A stretch of 64,000 bases of DNA from assembly GCA_951406725.2 (NCBI GenBank), contig OX597814.1:73966001-74030000 (forward strand). Reading direction: 5' to 3'. Below, piece after piece: positions 23,995 to 37,104 of this stretch. The translations under genes were made by a program, and so were the position numbers. Origin of the DNA: Octopus vulgaris. Lineage: Eukaryota. Within the stretch, counting starts at the first letter, position 1, and each line of letters opens with the position of its first letter. The notes beneath the pieces are model-generated. The model made no database searches, was not told where the DNA came from, and saw only the letters and a list, made by a program, of their open reading frames with translations.

Positions 23995-26900
23995 CAAGCT
24001 GGTGCCAAACGTAATGCTCTGCACTCCTTTGGACTACATTAGCAAGGTCGAGAGAGGAAACCTGACGATTGGGCTACCCAGGACTTTCTCATATCTAGCC
24101 CAGGCCTGCTCAAAACTGGAGAGGACACTTCAGTGCTGCTGTAAAAAGCTGCAGAAATAACACGGGAGGTAACAGTCACGAGTGATAAGTCCATTCAGAT
24201 TGGCGTAAAATATGGGCGCTACGGGTTACCTCTGACGGTGGGAGGGACCTCCGTGTCCTATTGGTTAGCTACTGCCCACCTCAAGCTGGGCAGCCCCAGT
24301 TAATAAGGTACTGACCCGCCACAGGCCTCCTGCTTCATTGGGTGCTTGGAGCTAAGAGTATGACTTGAAAAGCGGCCTGCAACCTCTGCACCAGGCAAAC
24401 AACTAAAAAACAAGAAACCACCAGTCCTGCGGTTGGCAAGCTGGAATGTCAGGACCATGTGCCCTGGAATATCTGATGATCTACCCAGGGTTGAAGACAC
24501 AAGGAAAACGGCCATCATTGACCGTGAACTAAAGAGGCTTAACATAGACATTGCTGGGCTACAGGAGACAAGACTTCCCTCAAACGGCAAACTCAAAGAA
24601 CAAGATTTCACCTTCTTTTGGCAGGGAAGCGATCCAGAAGAACCTCGTCAGCATGGCGTTGGTTTTGCAGTGAGAAACTCATTACTCTCCTCAATAGAAC
24701 CACCATCAGGAGGCACTGAGTGTATCCTCTCACTGCGCCTCTCGACTTCTTCTGGCTCAGTACATCTACTCAGCATCTATGCTCCCACTCTCTACAGCTC
24801 AGAGGAGACCAAGGACCAGTTCTACAAAGATCTCAACTGTGTCATAAAACTATACCAACAACTAAAAATATCTACCTTCTAGGGGACTTTAACGCTCGCG
24901 TGGGATCTGACCACGATTCGTGGCCCATTTGTGTTGGACACTTTGGTATTGGCAACATGAATGACAATGGTCAGAGACTACTCGAATTCTGCACATACCA
25001 TAACCTGTGCATCACAAACACATTCTTTACCAACAAACCATCCCACAAGGCATCTTGGAGACATCCAAGATCTCACCACTGGCATCAGCTGGATCTCATC
25101 ATTACACGGAGATCCTTTCTGAATTCTGTTCTACTGACCCGCAGTTACCACAGCGCGGATTGTGACACGGACCACTCACTTATTAGAAGTAGGGTGAGGA
25201 TTCTGCCTAAAAAAGTCCATCGCTCCAAAAAAGTGGGCCGACCACGCATCAACACCGCCAAAACCTCAGACCCTACACTGCGAAAATGTTTTGCTGCTTC
25301 TATCAAGGTTGCCCCCAGTAGCTGCCCAACCTCCTCTGCTGAAGGTAGGTGAAATTAAATCGGGGAAGCTTTGTATACCACATCAATAGATACTTTCGGC
25401 ATGAGAGAAAGGCAAAACCCAGATTGGTTCAATGCTGGGCTCTCAGAGCTGGAGCCAGTTATCGAAGCAAAGCATGCAGCTCTGATGCAATACAAGAGTG
25501 ATTCTTCTACAAAGTTACTCGAAGAACTCAGAAAGGCAAGAAATAAAACCCAACTGACAACCAGACGCTGTGCAAATAGGTATTGGCAGGAAATCTGTCA
25601 GAGTATCCAGTCAGCTGCTGACAGGGGCGACACCCGTGGGATGTATGCCGGTTTGAAGAAGGCCCTCGGTCCATCCGCAACCAAGTCGGCCTCTCTGAAA
25701 TCAACTACTGGAGATCTCATCAGGGATCAAAGCAAGCAAATGGATAGATGGGTAGAGCACTACCAGGATCTCTACTCACGGGAGACTACAGTAGCTGAGG
25801 CTGCAATCGAGAGTGTCAAGATCTTGACAGTCATGTGCAAACTTGACAGTCCGCCATCTATAGCAGAGCTCACCAAGGCTATTGACTCCCTAGCAAGTAA
25901 CAAGGCTCCGGGAAAAGACGGCATCCCCTCAGAGATCATCAAAGCCGGCAAAAACACCATCCTGCTTCGGCACCTTCATGAGCTTCTGTGTCAGTGCTGG
26001 GAAGAGGGTACAGTCCCTCAGGATATGCGGGATGCTAACATCATTACGCTTTACAAAAACAAAGGTGACCATGGTGATTGTAACAATTACCGTGGAATAT
26101 CTCTTCTAAGCACTGTTGGAAAGACCTTAGCTCGCGTTATCCTGGCCAGGCTACAACTACTTGCTTCTCGAATCTATCCGGAATTGCAGTGTGGCTTTAG
26201 AAGAAGCAGATCAACTATTGATATGATATTCTCCATACGCCAACTTCAGGAGAAGTCCAGAGAGCAGAAAATGCCACTATATATGGCCTTCATTGATCTA
26301 ACAAAGGCCTTTAACTCGGTAAGTAGAAAAGGCCTCTTCATCCTGCTCCAAAAAATCGGATGTCCACCAAAGCTGCTGAGGATCATCAAGTCTTTCCATG
26401 ATGATATGCAAGGCACCATACAGCACAATGGTTCAACATCAGCCGCCTTCCAAATAAAAAATGGGGTAAAGCAAGGTTGTGTCCTTGCTCCTACATTATT
26501 TGGCATTTTCTTCTCGCTCTTGCTCTCACATGCCTTTCAGACATCAGATGATGGAGTGTTTCTGCACAGTAGAAGTGACGGAAAACTGTTCAATCTCTCG
26601 CGCCTGCGTGCCAAGACTAGAATCAGAAACGTCCTGATCAAAGAGATGCTATTTGCTGATGCTGCTGCTCTGGTATCACACGCAGAAGAAGCCCTCCAAA
26701 GGCTCATTAACTGTTTTGAGTAAGCATGTAACGACTTTGGCTTAGCTATCGGCCTTAAGAAGACCAACATCATGGGTCAGGCTACATCGGACATCCCAAA
26801 CATACATATTGGAGACCACAGATTACAGGAGGTGGAAAAGTTTACCTATCTTGGCTCTACTGTCACCTACAACTCTCCAAACGGGCATGGGACAACAATA

Positions 26901-27606
26901 AGCTGACCAAGACCACGAAAATGAAGATCTACCAGGCATGTGTACTTAGCACTCTACTGTATGGAAGTGAGACTTGGACGCTATACACACGCCAAGAGCG
27001 TCGCCTAAACATCTTTCACCTGCGCTGCCTCCGGAAAATCCTCCGCATCAAATGGCAGAATCATATCCCCAACAAAGATGTCCTCAGGCAAGCAGGAATA
27101 CCAAGCATGTTTGCACTCCTCACACAAAGACGTATGAGATGGCTTGGGCATGTTAGCCGTATGAAAGATGGCAGAATCCCCAAGGACATACTCTACGGAG
27201 AGCTTGCTAGGGGTACTAGGTCTGTGGGTAAATCGTTCTTACGTTACAAGGATGTTTGCAAAAGGGACATGAAGGCCTGCAACATCAATATTAGCAGTTG
27301 GGAAGCAATTGTCAGCAACCGTGGAGATTGGCGACGTACTGTAAAAGAGGGAATACAAAGGGGTGACAGAAAGAGAGAGAAGAGAAATGGAAAGACAAGA
27401 AAAGACGTCAACAAGAAACTATGACACTACAACCAGCCAGGAATAGTCTTCGCTACATTTGCGGTACCTGCCAGAGGGAGTGTTTGTCCAAGACAGGACT
27501 ACACAGCCACAGCAGGAAATGTATCAGGACATGAAATGTAAAAGCCGGACTGGACTATTTTATGCGCAACTCCATTGTCTCCCGAGACGAAAAGGATGCC
27601 AACCAA
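23995..27606 (+). mobile_element. Near full-length RTE (BovB/RTE-1-like) LINE with 5' UTR, few disablements
   Basis: LASWNVRT, GLQETR, SIYAPT, GDFNARVG, QLDLII, DTDHSL; NYRGISLL, QCGFR, AFIDLTKAFN, KQGCVLAP, LFADAAAL, LLYGSETW, RWLGHV; terminal CGTCQRECLSKTGLHSHSRKC finger; 5' boundary approximate. Confidence 0.95.
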
Positions 27607-27894
27607 TATATATATATATATATATACACACACATACATATGTGTGTTTGTCCTCCCCCCCCCATCGCTTGACAACCGATGTTGGTGTGGTTACATCTCC
27701 GTAACTTACCGGTTAGGCAAAGGAGATCAATAGAATAAGTACTAGGCTTACAAAGATTAAATTCTGGGGTCAATTTCTTCGACTAAAAACTCTTTAAGGC
27801 GTTGCTCCAACATAGCTACAGTCAGAATGACTGAAGTAAAAGAATAAAAGAATATATATTAATCTCTCTCTCTCTCTCTTTCTTTCTCTCTCTG

Positions 27895-27980
<86 letters not shown>

Positions 27981-28029
27981 TGTGTGTGTGTGTGTTTGTA
28001 TGTATACACACACACACACACACACACAT

Positions 28030-29221
28030 TTGTCGTCTAAATTACGCAAAAATGAAAATAACACTGACATCTCATTTTAACAGATATATTTACCAAAATT
28101 ACATAAAAATATCTTGAAATTCTAAAGAGTAAATATATTCAATAAAATCGCCATTGGCTTCAGCTACGGCCTCCAGACGACTTCGGTTTTCCTGCAACTC
28201 TTCTGAGTGGTCTCCTTGATTAAGCTAGGGAATGTTGCCATAACCCTTGCCTTCGGTTCATCTATGGTGTTACAATGAGTTTTGTTGGTCTCTCGCTCAA
28301 CTGCGCCCCTTACATAATAATGAAGGGGATTGCAGTCTGGGGAATTAAGGTAACCACATGTTAGGGGTGATGTAGTCACAAAAATTGTCTGACAGCCATG
28401 ACTAGATTTTCTTGCTTGTGTGGCATGGTGCAGAGTCCTGTTGCCAGACATAGGATCTTCCAGCAGCCCTCCTCTGAGGACAAATAGAGGCATAACCTTG
28501 CCATCACTAGTGATCACTCCAAAAACCATGATGTTGACTGCATGTTTTTATCACACTCGGTACATGTTTTGGGGACATGGCAAGCCAACGGTTGTTCTGT
28601 GTGTTCACCATCTGATCTTGGCAGAAATTTTCTCGTCTGAGAAAAACCAAAGCATGTTCGATTGGAGAAGATGCATGAGTTTGCTCAAAAGCTTCATATC
28701 GCGGTCTTTCCTCTTGTCCTTGATGGCTTGGGATAAAAATTGGCCCTTTCTTATCTTGTATGAGGGATACCAAATGTCTTCATGCACTACCTGCCTCATA
28801 AGAAACTCAGACACTCACATGTCCCTGGCGATGGACCTGATTGACTTGGAATGATCGTTGTCAATCATGGCCTGAATCTCACCAACAAATTCAGGAGTTC
28901 TTTTCTTATCAGAATGATCAGAGTGAGATTTCTGAGCTGCCGTACCTTCGTAATCACCATTAGACCCATCTAACTCGTTCCGAATCTTCTGCACTGTCCT
29001 CAGATTAACATCCAAATACACTGAAATGTTTGTATTGTTGCTTCCGGCGCAGTACAACATGTCGTTTCCAAATTTCTGACAGAGTGAATTGCGTCAAGGT
29101 GCTGTTTTTCTCACAGACGGTGTCCTACTATAGTGTGTAGTTGACAAAATCAAAAACAAACAATGCGCATGCGCAAAATAAAACAAATATAAAATGGTGA
29201 CAATTTACCCATCGCACCCTG
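28030..29221 (-). mobile_element. Degenerate Tc1/mariner element (maT/DD37D-like)
   Basis: WFFSDEK, MVFGVITSDG, NSPDCNPLHYYV; one terminus TA|cagggtgcgatgggtaaattg at 29221; other TIR eroded. Confidence 0.8.
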
Positions 29222-29230
29222 TATATACAT

Positions 29231-30055
29231 ACCTTATATGATTGCGTATAGTACGACTAGGTGTATAAGACGACCCCCAGGATTTCCATTTAAAAAGTGA
29301 GTTTTGATCTCTTCTTGCTGTATAAGACCACCCCAAGTTTTCATGGAAAATAGCGCGTTTCATAACTAAAGGGTCGGGTGAGTCGTAGTTTCCCCAACAC
29401 CCCCTGAATCCTCTGTTTTTCTTGTGTTTCAATAACATGTTAACTATGTTTCAATTAGTAAACTTTGTATGCAACAATTCTGCAGTCTTGGTTGTTTAAA
29501 ATCTATACAGCTCTCTTCAAAAAGTGGCCAAATATTCCAAATTATCTACTATAATACACATCAAACGTGTAAACACTACCGCAGTGACGCCAATTAGGCG
29601 TCGGTTATTTTACAGGAACAAACATAGTGTCAAGTATACCATAATGACACCATTTTCTTGAAATGGATTTACAGAGTTACTTACCGTGTGTATAATATTA
29701 TGTTGTAATATATTAGAAATGCTGTTATAAAGTTTACTGCTAGTATTTAATTTGTAAATTTTATCTTGCTTCATGAGGCTATTGGTCTTGAAACAACGTA
29801 TCCATTTTGGCGCTGCTCACAGACCATGTCTGCTATTTGCTCTTCTAGAATCGACCAGTGTGCAGTGCCTCCCCTCATTGCACATTTTGTCCTTGGTATA
29901 CTCCTTAATAAGTCTTCTTTAATCTCCAAACTCTTATCTTCTCGGTTACACTGTATACTCGCAGCAGCACAGTTGGTGTGGGACTTGGCATATGCTATCA
30001 CTTTCAGTTTAAAATCAACTTCATATTTCCTTCATTTATCACTTGGAGACATGAG
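29231..30055 (-). mobile_element. pogo/Tc2-like DNA transposon remnant (N-terminal DNA-binding domains)
   Basis: KVIAYAKSHTNCAAA...HWSILEEQIADMVCEQRQNGYVVSR (Brinker/CENP-B HTH-like); subterminal tataagacgacccc/tataagaccacccc repeats. Confidence 0.6.
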
Positions 30056-30505
30056 GCGGGTTTTACAGTTGCTGGAAATTAGTGTTCATACAGTAAGAAT
30101 ACTGCTGCTTATGAAAGAGTGACAACTTGAGCCTTTCAATAAACCCTGTCTGTAAATGCTTAAAAGTAACCGAAAACTGTAAGGTATTTTGTGATTGGTC
30201 TGACTGACACAAACTGGGCAGTCACAGGAGGTACCAATACATGCTGCTAATCTGCCGTAACAGGTAGGTTAGTTAGCGTAAAATACACTTGTCCCGGAAG
30301 CTCTAGGCTGGTTGAGCGCTGTGTGAGAGCGCTCTAACGAGGCAGTGCAACCAGTACGGGCCCTGGGACCGGCTGAACGGGCTGATTGTTTACATTTTCT
30401 ACTGTTGCAAATGGCGATCCGTCTGCTAAGTTTGCTGTGCTGTTATTTTAATATAATCTTAGGGATAGGGGCTTCGAAACATGAAGTAGCACGGAATCTG
30501 AATCA

Positions 30506-30567
<62 letters not shown>

Positions 30568-30574
30568 TAATCAT

Positions 30575-31060
30575 GTACATTGTTTTGTCTTGGTATAAAA
30601 GATGGGCTACAGCAAATATTCTGCTCAATACCACAGATTTGCTTGTCAGTTGTTTGACCGTAACCAGTTGACCATGTCCCTTAGTGGCTGAATATATGTG
30701 CATCTCTGATCACAAGCAGAAGCAGTGGGGGAGCATCCTAGCCGTGTGTTGAAAGGAATTCTTAGAGATTTGGATAATTCACCTTTGGAAACACGGGTGG
30801 TTCGTTCAACATCCTTAAACAATCCTTATTTAGGGACCTTTTGAGCGGGGTGGGCTACTCGACCAGAAGAAAATTCTAACTAGGCTCCACCTGCAAGGTC
30901 ATGCGCTGTTTATCTTGATATGAGATCACCATGTCGCGCTCATATGGTTGTGATGCATGTGCCTGGTGTACCCTTATCAGCCGGGTAGTCATGATGGGTA
31001 TATTGGGCTTCGTATATGTTACCCCTGTGCCACTTTGATGGCATGCACTGCTCTCTCACT
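30575..31060. mobile_element. Interspersed repeat flanked by (TAA)n tracts
   Basis: ~490 bp GC-richer non-coding block bounded on both sides by (aat)n; family and orientation not determined. Confidence 0.5.
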
Positions 31061-31061
31061 C

Positions 31062-31113
<52 letters not shown>

Positions 31114-31348
31114 TATATATATATATATAACATATATGTATAATATATATACATAACATTATATATATATAATATACATATATATAATATATATATGTAT
31201 ATATAATACATAATAATTTAGCAATTAAGGACAACTACTTAATAAGGAAAACTTAACAAGAAATTGTCAGGTAGATAGCGTAAGAACCTCATAAGAGAAA
31301 AAATTTCGAAAATAATTATTTCTTATTGAACATATTAATTTATATATA

Positions 31349-31445
31349 GAGGGCATTATATACTTGCCAGAAGGCATTATACATACATGCCTAATTGTCC
31401 CTCTTAGCGTTTGGCATGTATGTATAATGCCTTCTGGCAAGTATA
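31349..31445. repeat. Near-perfect hairpin (~33 bp arms, 21 nt loop)
   Basis: tatacttgccagaaggcattatacatacatgcc-taattgtccctcttagcgttt-ggcatgtatgtataatgccttctggcaagtata. Confidence 0.85.
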
Positions 31446-32222
31446 AATATAATACATAATATATATAAAAATATATTAAAATATATATGTATAATGGATA
31501 CATATAATATATATAATATAATATAATATAATATAATATAATATAACATAATATAATATAATATATATATATATGTATATATATGTAATATACACATATA
31601 TATATAATATATCATATATAATATCTATACATAATATTTATATATGATATACATATATATAATATATATAATGAATATATATATAATATATTTATATAAA
31701 AATGTATATATGTAAATATATATATATATAATGCTATGAGTGTACTTAGATTAATACGTATGTACGTATGTGTAGATGTATGTGTTTGTGTACGTGTGTG
31801 TGTGTATATGTTGTGTGAGTGTATGTCTGTGTATGAGTGTGTACATGCATGCACGTATGAGTGTGTGTGTAGATATATGTAAATATTGTATACACACACA
31901 CACAGACACACACATATATATATATGTATATATGTATATATGTATGAACATATAGAAATAAATGAGAATATTGAAAAAAGAGGAGAGAAAAAAGCAAATT
32001 CGAATTTTTACTGTTTTCCACGAAAAGAGTGACATATATATGTGTAAATCGATAAGCGTATATGTCTGTATACTTTAAGATTATACGTATATCTGTGAGT
32101 ATGTATAAGTATCTATATGATTGTTTGTGCCTGTATATATGAATCGGTAGGTTTATATTTGCATGTATGTATGTAAGACATTATATCCATTCACCGTTAG
32201 ATGGTGGTGAGAGGGACACACG

Positions 32223-32283
<61 letters not shown>

Positions 32284-32285
32284 GG

Positions 32286-32336
32286 AGCTTCTACAGGACT
32301 AGAACTGTTTCATTCAAGAGAAATCTTCAGGAAGCT
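32286..32336 (-). ncRNA. Type I hammerhead ribozyme, family A copy 1
   Basis: agcttc-CTGAAGA-t ttc tctt gaa t-GAAAC ag ttctagtc ct GTA-gaagct. Confidence 0.75.
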
Positions 32337-32600
32337 AGTTAACAAGAATTGTATTGGCATTTATACATTTAGGCAGGTTTATAGGGGTGGTGGTGGGGGA
32401 CTTTTTGGGGGTAGGCATAGCGCAAAAAAATCATACTTGGGGGAGTGGTCAAGGAGTCAGTGGTAAATTAGATAGAAGAATAAATAAAAGAATAAAAAAA
32501 GAATAAAATACAAAAATATATAGAAGAATAGAGTTTTAGGTAAATAAGGAAATTCTCAACACACACACATATACATACACACATACATACACACACACCC

Positions 32601-32631
<31 letters not shown>

Positions 32632-32892
32632 TATACATACATATATCTACATATATATATATATACATATATATATATACATATACATACATACACATAT
32701 ACATGCATATACATATACACACACACATGTATATATACACACACACGACCACACATACACATACACACAAAAAAATATATACATACACACACATACACAT
32801 ACATACATACACACACATATCCACATACACACATGCACACACAACACACAAGTCCCTATATACTCATATATACATATACACATATATGTATG

Positions 32893-32948
<56 letters not shown>

Positions 32949-33356
32949 CATATGTGTACCTATTCATACACATATATGTACGTATACACACACACACATA
33001 TACACATACATACACACACATACATACATATGTGTACCTATTCATACCTACACATACACACATATATACATACAATTACAAACCCATTCCCTAATTTTAA
33101 TTTTATTATCTTCATTTATTACTTTTGTTATCTTTGACCGCTGGTCACAAACATCTTGGCTAGTCCCTTTTATCTTTCTACTTGAGCACAAGCACTCACT
33201 CATGCACGCACACTCATTAGCACGCACACACACTCTCATTCGTACACTCATACACATACACGCACGCACGCGTTATATTCATACATACATACATCTACAT
33301 ACATACACGTATATACACATACGTACGCGTACCTACGCGTACATACACATATACAT

Positions 33357-33445
<89 letters not shown>

Positions 33446-33530
33446 CATACACATACATACATACATATACACATATACACACACACATACATACACATAT
33501 ACACATACACGCACATACACATATACATGC

Positions 33531-33569
<39 letters not shown>

Positions 33570-33654
33570 TATATATATATACATACACACATACACATAC
33601 ACACATACACATATGTACACATACACACACATATTCACATATATATATATATCC

Positions 33655-33687
<33 letters not shown>

Positions 33688-33723
33688 TATACACACACAT
33701 ATATACATGTATGTATGTATATG

Positions 33724-33756
<33 letters not shown>

Positions 33757-33775
33757 GTAGATATATGTATGTATA

Positions 33776-33808
<33 letters not shown>

Positions 33809-34072
33809 GGGTGTGTGTGTATGTATGTGTGTATGTATATGTGTGTGTGTTGAGAATTTCCTTATTTACCTAAAACTCTATTCTTCTATATATTTTTGTA
33901 TTTTATTCTTTTTTTATTCTTTTATTTATTCTTCTATCTAATTTACCACTGACTCCTTGACCACTCCCCCAAGTATGATTTTTTTGCGCTATGCCTACCC
34001 CCAAAAAGTCCCCTACCACCACCCCTATAAACCTGCCTAAATGTATAAATGCCAATACAATTCTTGTTAACT

Positions 34073-34123
34073 AGCTTCCTGAAGATTTCTCTTGAATGAA
34101 ACAGTTCTAGTCCTGTAGAAGCT
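34073..34123 (+). ncRNA. Type I hammerhead ribozyme, family A copy 2
   Basis: Same 51 nt as 32286-32336; 6 bp helix I, GUA triplet at 34115-34117. Confidence 0.75.
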
Positions 34124-34206
34124 CCTTCTATATAATAAATTAATTTTACTCTGCTATGTATTGAGTACCTTATTTACTGTGGTTAACCCCGAATCAACCC
34201 GGGACC

Positions 34207-34247
<41 letters not shown>

Positions 34248-34297
34248 AGTAGATATATGTATATATGTGTATGTATATATGTGTATGTATATATATT

Positions 34298-34343
<46 letters not shown>

Positions 34344-34453
34344 TATATATATATAACGGGAAGCTTTATGAAAATAGACAAAAGACGAAGGCAGGTGGAA
34401 AACAAACAAACAATTGTATTAGTATGGCGCTCAGGAAATATAAATAAAACAAG

Positions 34454-34491
34454 TCTTAAACGTTTCGAGCCTACGCTCTTCAACAGAAAGA
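34454..34491 (-). ncRNA. Core-variant minimal hammerhead in a pLTR-type repeat
   Basis: Minus: tcttt-CTGTTGA-a-gagc gtag gctc-GAAAC GTT-taaga; A6U change. Confidence 0.45.
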
Positions 34492-34534
34492 TACACAGAG
34501 AGAAAAAAAACACAGAAAGAAGGAGGGAAAAAAA

Positions 34535-34578
<44 letters not shown>

Positions 34579-34580
34579 TC

Positions 34581-35384
34581 AACTAATACGGGTGAGAAAT
34601 TGGATACTAATTTAATAGTACATCCATTTAACACCAAGTGGCTTAGTGCATAAAAACCAGGAATACAATAAATTTTATACATAAATATAAGAGAGTAACC
34701 ACTATGTGGTCGACTCTAGCACTAAAAATAGATCCGCTAGGTTTCAGCCACAAAGAATTGTTTCCGATGAAAGTTAGCACGACTACTAGCGCAAACGAAC
34801 AGGGCAAATAAAAATAACAAAAATGCAGATTAGTTCAGGACAATTGTTTCGCTATTAATAAATTATGTAATTTTACTCACACAACATAGCTGTAGCTCTT
34901 CAGCCGAACCCGTCCAGAATACAATTTACTCAACCGCACGCTAGATTTTACCATAACGATAAACACACGTGGGGTTCAGTCGATTCCATTCGCTGTTATA
35001 ATTCAAGTGCCCCTGCCACAGCCCGCCAAAATTCACGGAAACAGATACTACATCCAAAATTAAATGTAGTATAATTACAATAAACTAATAAGGGTGAGAA
35101 AATTGGATACAAATTTAATAGTATATCCATTTAACACCAAGTGGCTTAGTGCATAAAAACCAGGAATACAATAAATTTTATACATAAATATAAGAGAGTA
35201 ACCACTATGTGGTCGACTCTAGCACTAAAAATAGATCCGCTAGGTTTCAGCCACAAAGAATTGTTTCTGATGAAAGTTAGCACGACTACTAGCGCAAACG
35301 AACAGGGCAAATAAAAATAACAAAAATACAGTGCTACAAAAATTTAGTGCTAGAGTCAACCACTTAGTGGTTACTCTCTTATAT
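34581..35384 (-). mobile_element. Retrozyme/pLTR-like element: 1.5 copies of a ~502 bp unit plus a short terminal inversion
   Basis: 34581-34828 is repeated at 35083-35331; hammerhead in the unique part; 35343-35384 is an inverted copy of an internal 42 bp; flanked by (TA)n on both sides. Confidence 0.8.
34833..34909 (-). ncRNA. Canonical type I hammerhead ribozyme, family B
   Basis: Minus: gttcgg-CTGAAGA-gcta(38 nt loop)tagc-GAAAC aatt GTC-ctgaac; G10.1-C11.1 pair, GUC triplet, palindromic helix III. Confidence 0.85.
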
Positions 35385-35790
35385 ATATATATAAAACTGA
35401 GAATGTGTGTCTGTCTGTGGGAATCCCTAAAACTCGAGAACTACACAACCAATTTCATTCGAATTTTTGTACATGTTTCACTTAGGGTTCATGTAGTGTC
35501 ATGGACAAAAAAATTTTTAAACTCTTGCCTAGGGCGAGCCCACAGCAATATCATATCTTCTCCACTATTTCAGTATTACGTATTAAAAGTGAAACAAAAA
35601 CATCCCTCTATTGTAATGTCAGATGCTTTCACTTTAATACTGAAACTATTAAAGGAAACTATTATATAAGAGGGTTGAACCATTAACAGTGGACATCCAT
35701 TTTGCTAGAAGAAGATCCTCTATGGTCTTATATGCTACACCACTGGTTTTCAATTCATATTAAGGAAATTAATATTCAATTTTTCCCCCT
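35385..35790 (+). mobile_element. Possible 5' part of a non-autonomous Helitron-like repeat
   Basis: (ta)n-aaactgagaatgtgtgtctgtctgt...accaatttcattcgaattt resembles Helitron-derived repeat starts; end not defined. Confidence 0.3.
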
Positions 35791-36569
35791 TATTTTGAAT
35801 TTAAATTTACATGTATATATATATATAGATGTATACGTATAGATGTATATATTTGGATGTATATATATACATGTATATATATGGATGTATATATATATAC
35901 ACATGTGTATATATATATAAATGTATATGTATACATGTATATGTATAGCTGTATATGTATAAATGTATATGTATAGCTGTATATGTATACATGTATATGT
36001 ATAGATGTATTTCTATAGATATAGATGTATATGTATACATGCATGTGTAGATGTATATATATAGATAGATGTACATGTAATATGTACACATATATATATA
36101 TACACGTATATACATGCATACATATATACACCCATATACACATACACACCCACACACACAAACACACATACATAGGTGCAGATGTGGCTGTGTGGTAACA
36201 AACTTGGTTCCAAAACACATGGTCCTCAGTTCAGTCCCACTTTGTGGTAACTTGGCATGTGTCTTCCGCTATAGCCTCAGACCAACCAAAGCCTTGTCAG
36301 TGGATTTTGTAGACAGTAACTGAAAGAAATCAATTGTATATATATGTATGTATATATGTAAGTCTATGTGTGTGTCTTTGTGTTTCTACGTCATCACTGC
36401 TTCACAACTGGTGTTCGTTTATTTACATCCCCATAACTCACTGGTTTCACAAGAAGAAACTGATTGAATAAGTACCAGGCTTATCAAAATAAAAAAAAAG
36501 CACTAGGCAGTGTCTCATATTTTTGTTTGCCCACTTAGTTGTATCTATCAATTGATCTTTGTGTGTGTG

Positions 36570-36654
<85 letters not shown>

Positions 36655-36821
36655 ACGCACACACATATAATTATCAAAATTATAAATTAGGGTATCTACG
36701 AGATACCACCATGCTGAAAATAGCAGTCATGATCCGACTCTAAAACCATCTTAAGTTTTCATATAGCAACATGGAGAGAAGACAAAGAGACAAGATGAAG
36801 GTAAAAAAATATTACTGGATA

Positions 36822-36880
36822 ATTCCAGATCCCGGATTTCTGACTTTGCATCTTGGAATACTTTACCTCGTCAGTGGAAT
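36822..36880 (-). ncRNA. Type I hammerhead candidate, family C copy 1
   Basis: Minus: attcca-CTGACGA-ggtaaagtattccaagatgcaaagtc-a-GAAA tcc g gga TC-tggaat; helix II weakened. Confidence 0.55.
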
Positions 36881-37045
36881 ACACTCAGAAAGAAACATAA
36901 ATACATATATATATATATAAACACAACATTTTGAACTAGCCCCGATGCATACGTGCATATATATGTATGTATACGTTCGTATATGTAAGTATTCGTATGT
37001 TGTGTTTATATATATATATATGTATTTATGTTTCTTTCTGAGTGT

Positions 37046-37104
37046 ATTCCACTGACGAGGCAAAGCATTCCGAAATGCAATGCCAGAAATCCAGGATCTG
37101 GAAT
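37046..37104 (+). ncRNA. Type I hammerhead candidate, family C copy 2
   Basis: attcca-CTGACGA-ggca aa gcatt ccga aatgc aa tgcc-a-GAAA tcc a gga TC-tggaat; AUC triplet; extra A before G12. Confidence 0.65.

Larger units (their letters stand above)
32280..34209. mobile_element. Penelope pLTR/retrozyme-type insertion with ~420 bp near-identical inverted arms
   Basis: 32280-~32700 is the reverse complement of ~33710-34130; the right arm continues to ...cccgggacctaca(ta)n; each arm carries a hammerhead. Confidence 0.8.

Noticed and set aside
24000-24100. HDV-like ribozyme at the RTE 5' end
   Set aside because: Such ribozymes are known in RTE 5' UTRs, but I could not build the nested double pseudoknot by eye; needs a motif search
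32468-33941. Long ORFs (up to 346 aa) rich in YI/HT/CV; likewise at 39-40 kb, 45 kb and 49 kb
   Set aside because: Translations of TA/CA microsatellites that lack stop codons
35261-35315. CTGATGA as a second hammerhead on the + strand of the 502 bp unit
   Set aside because: No downstream GAAA/NUH with compatible helices; the other copy reads ccgatga
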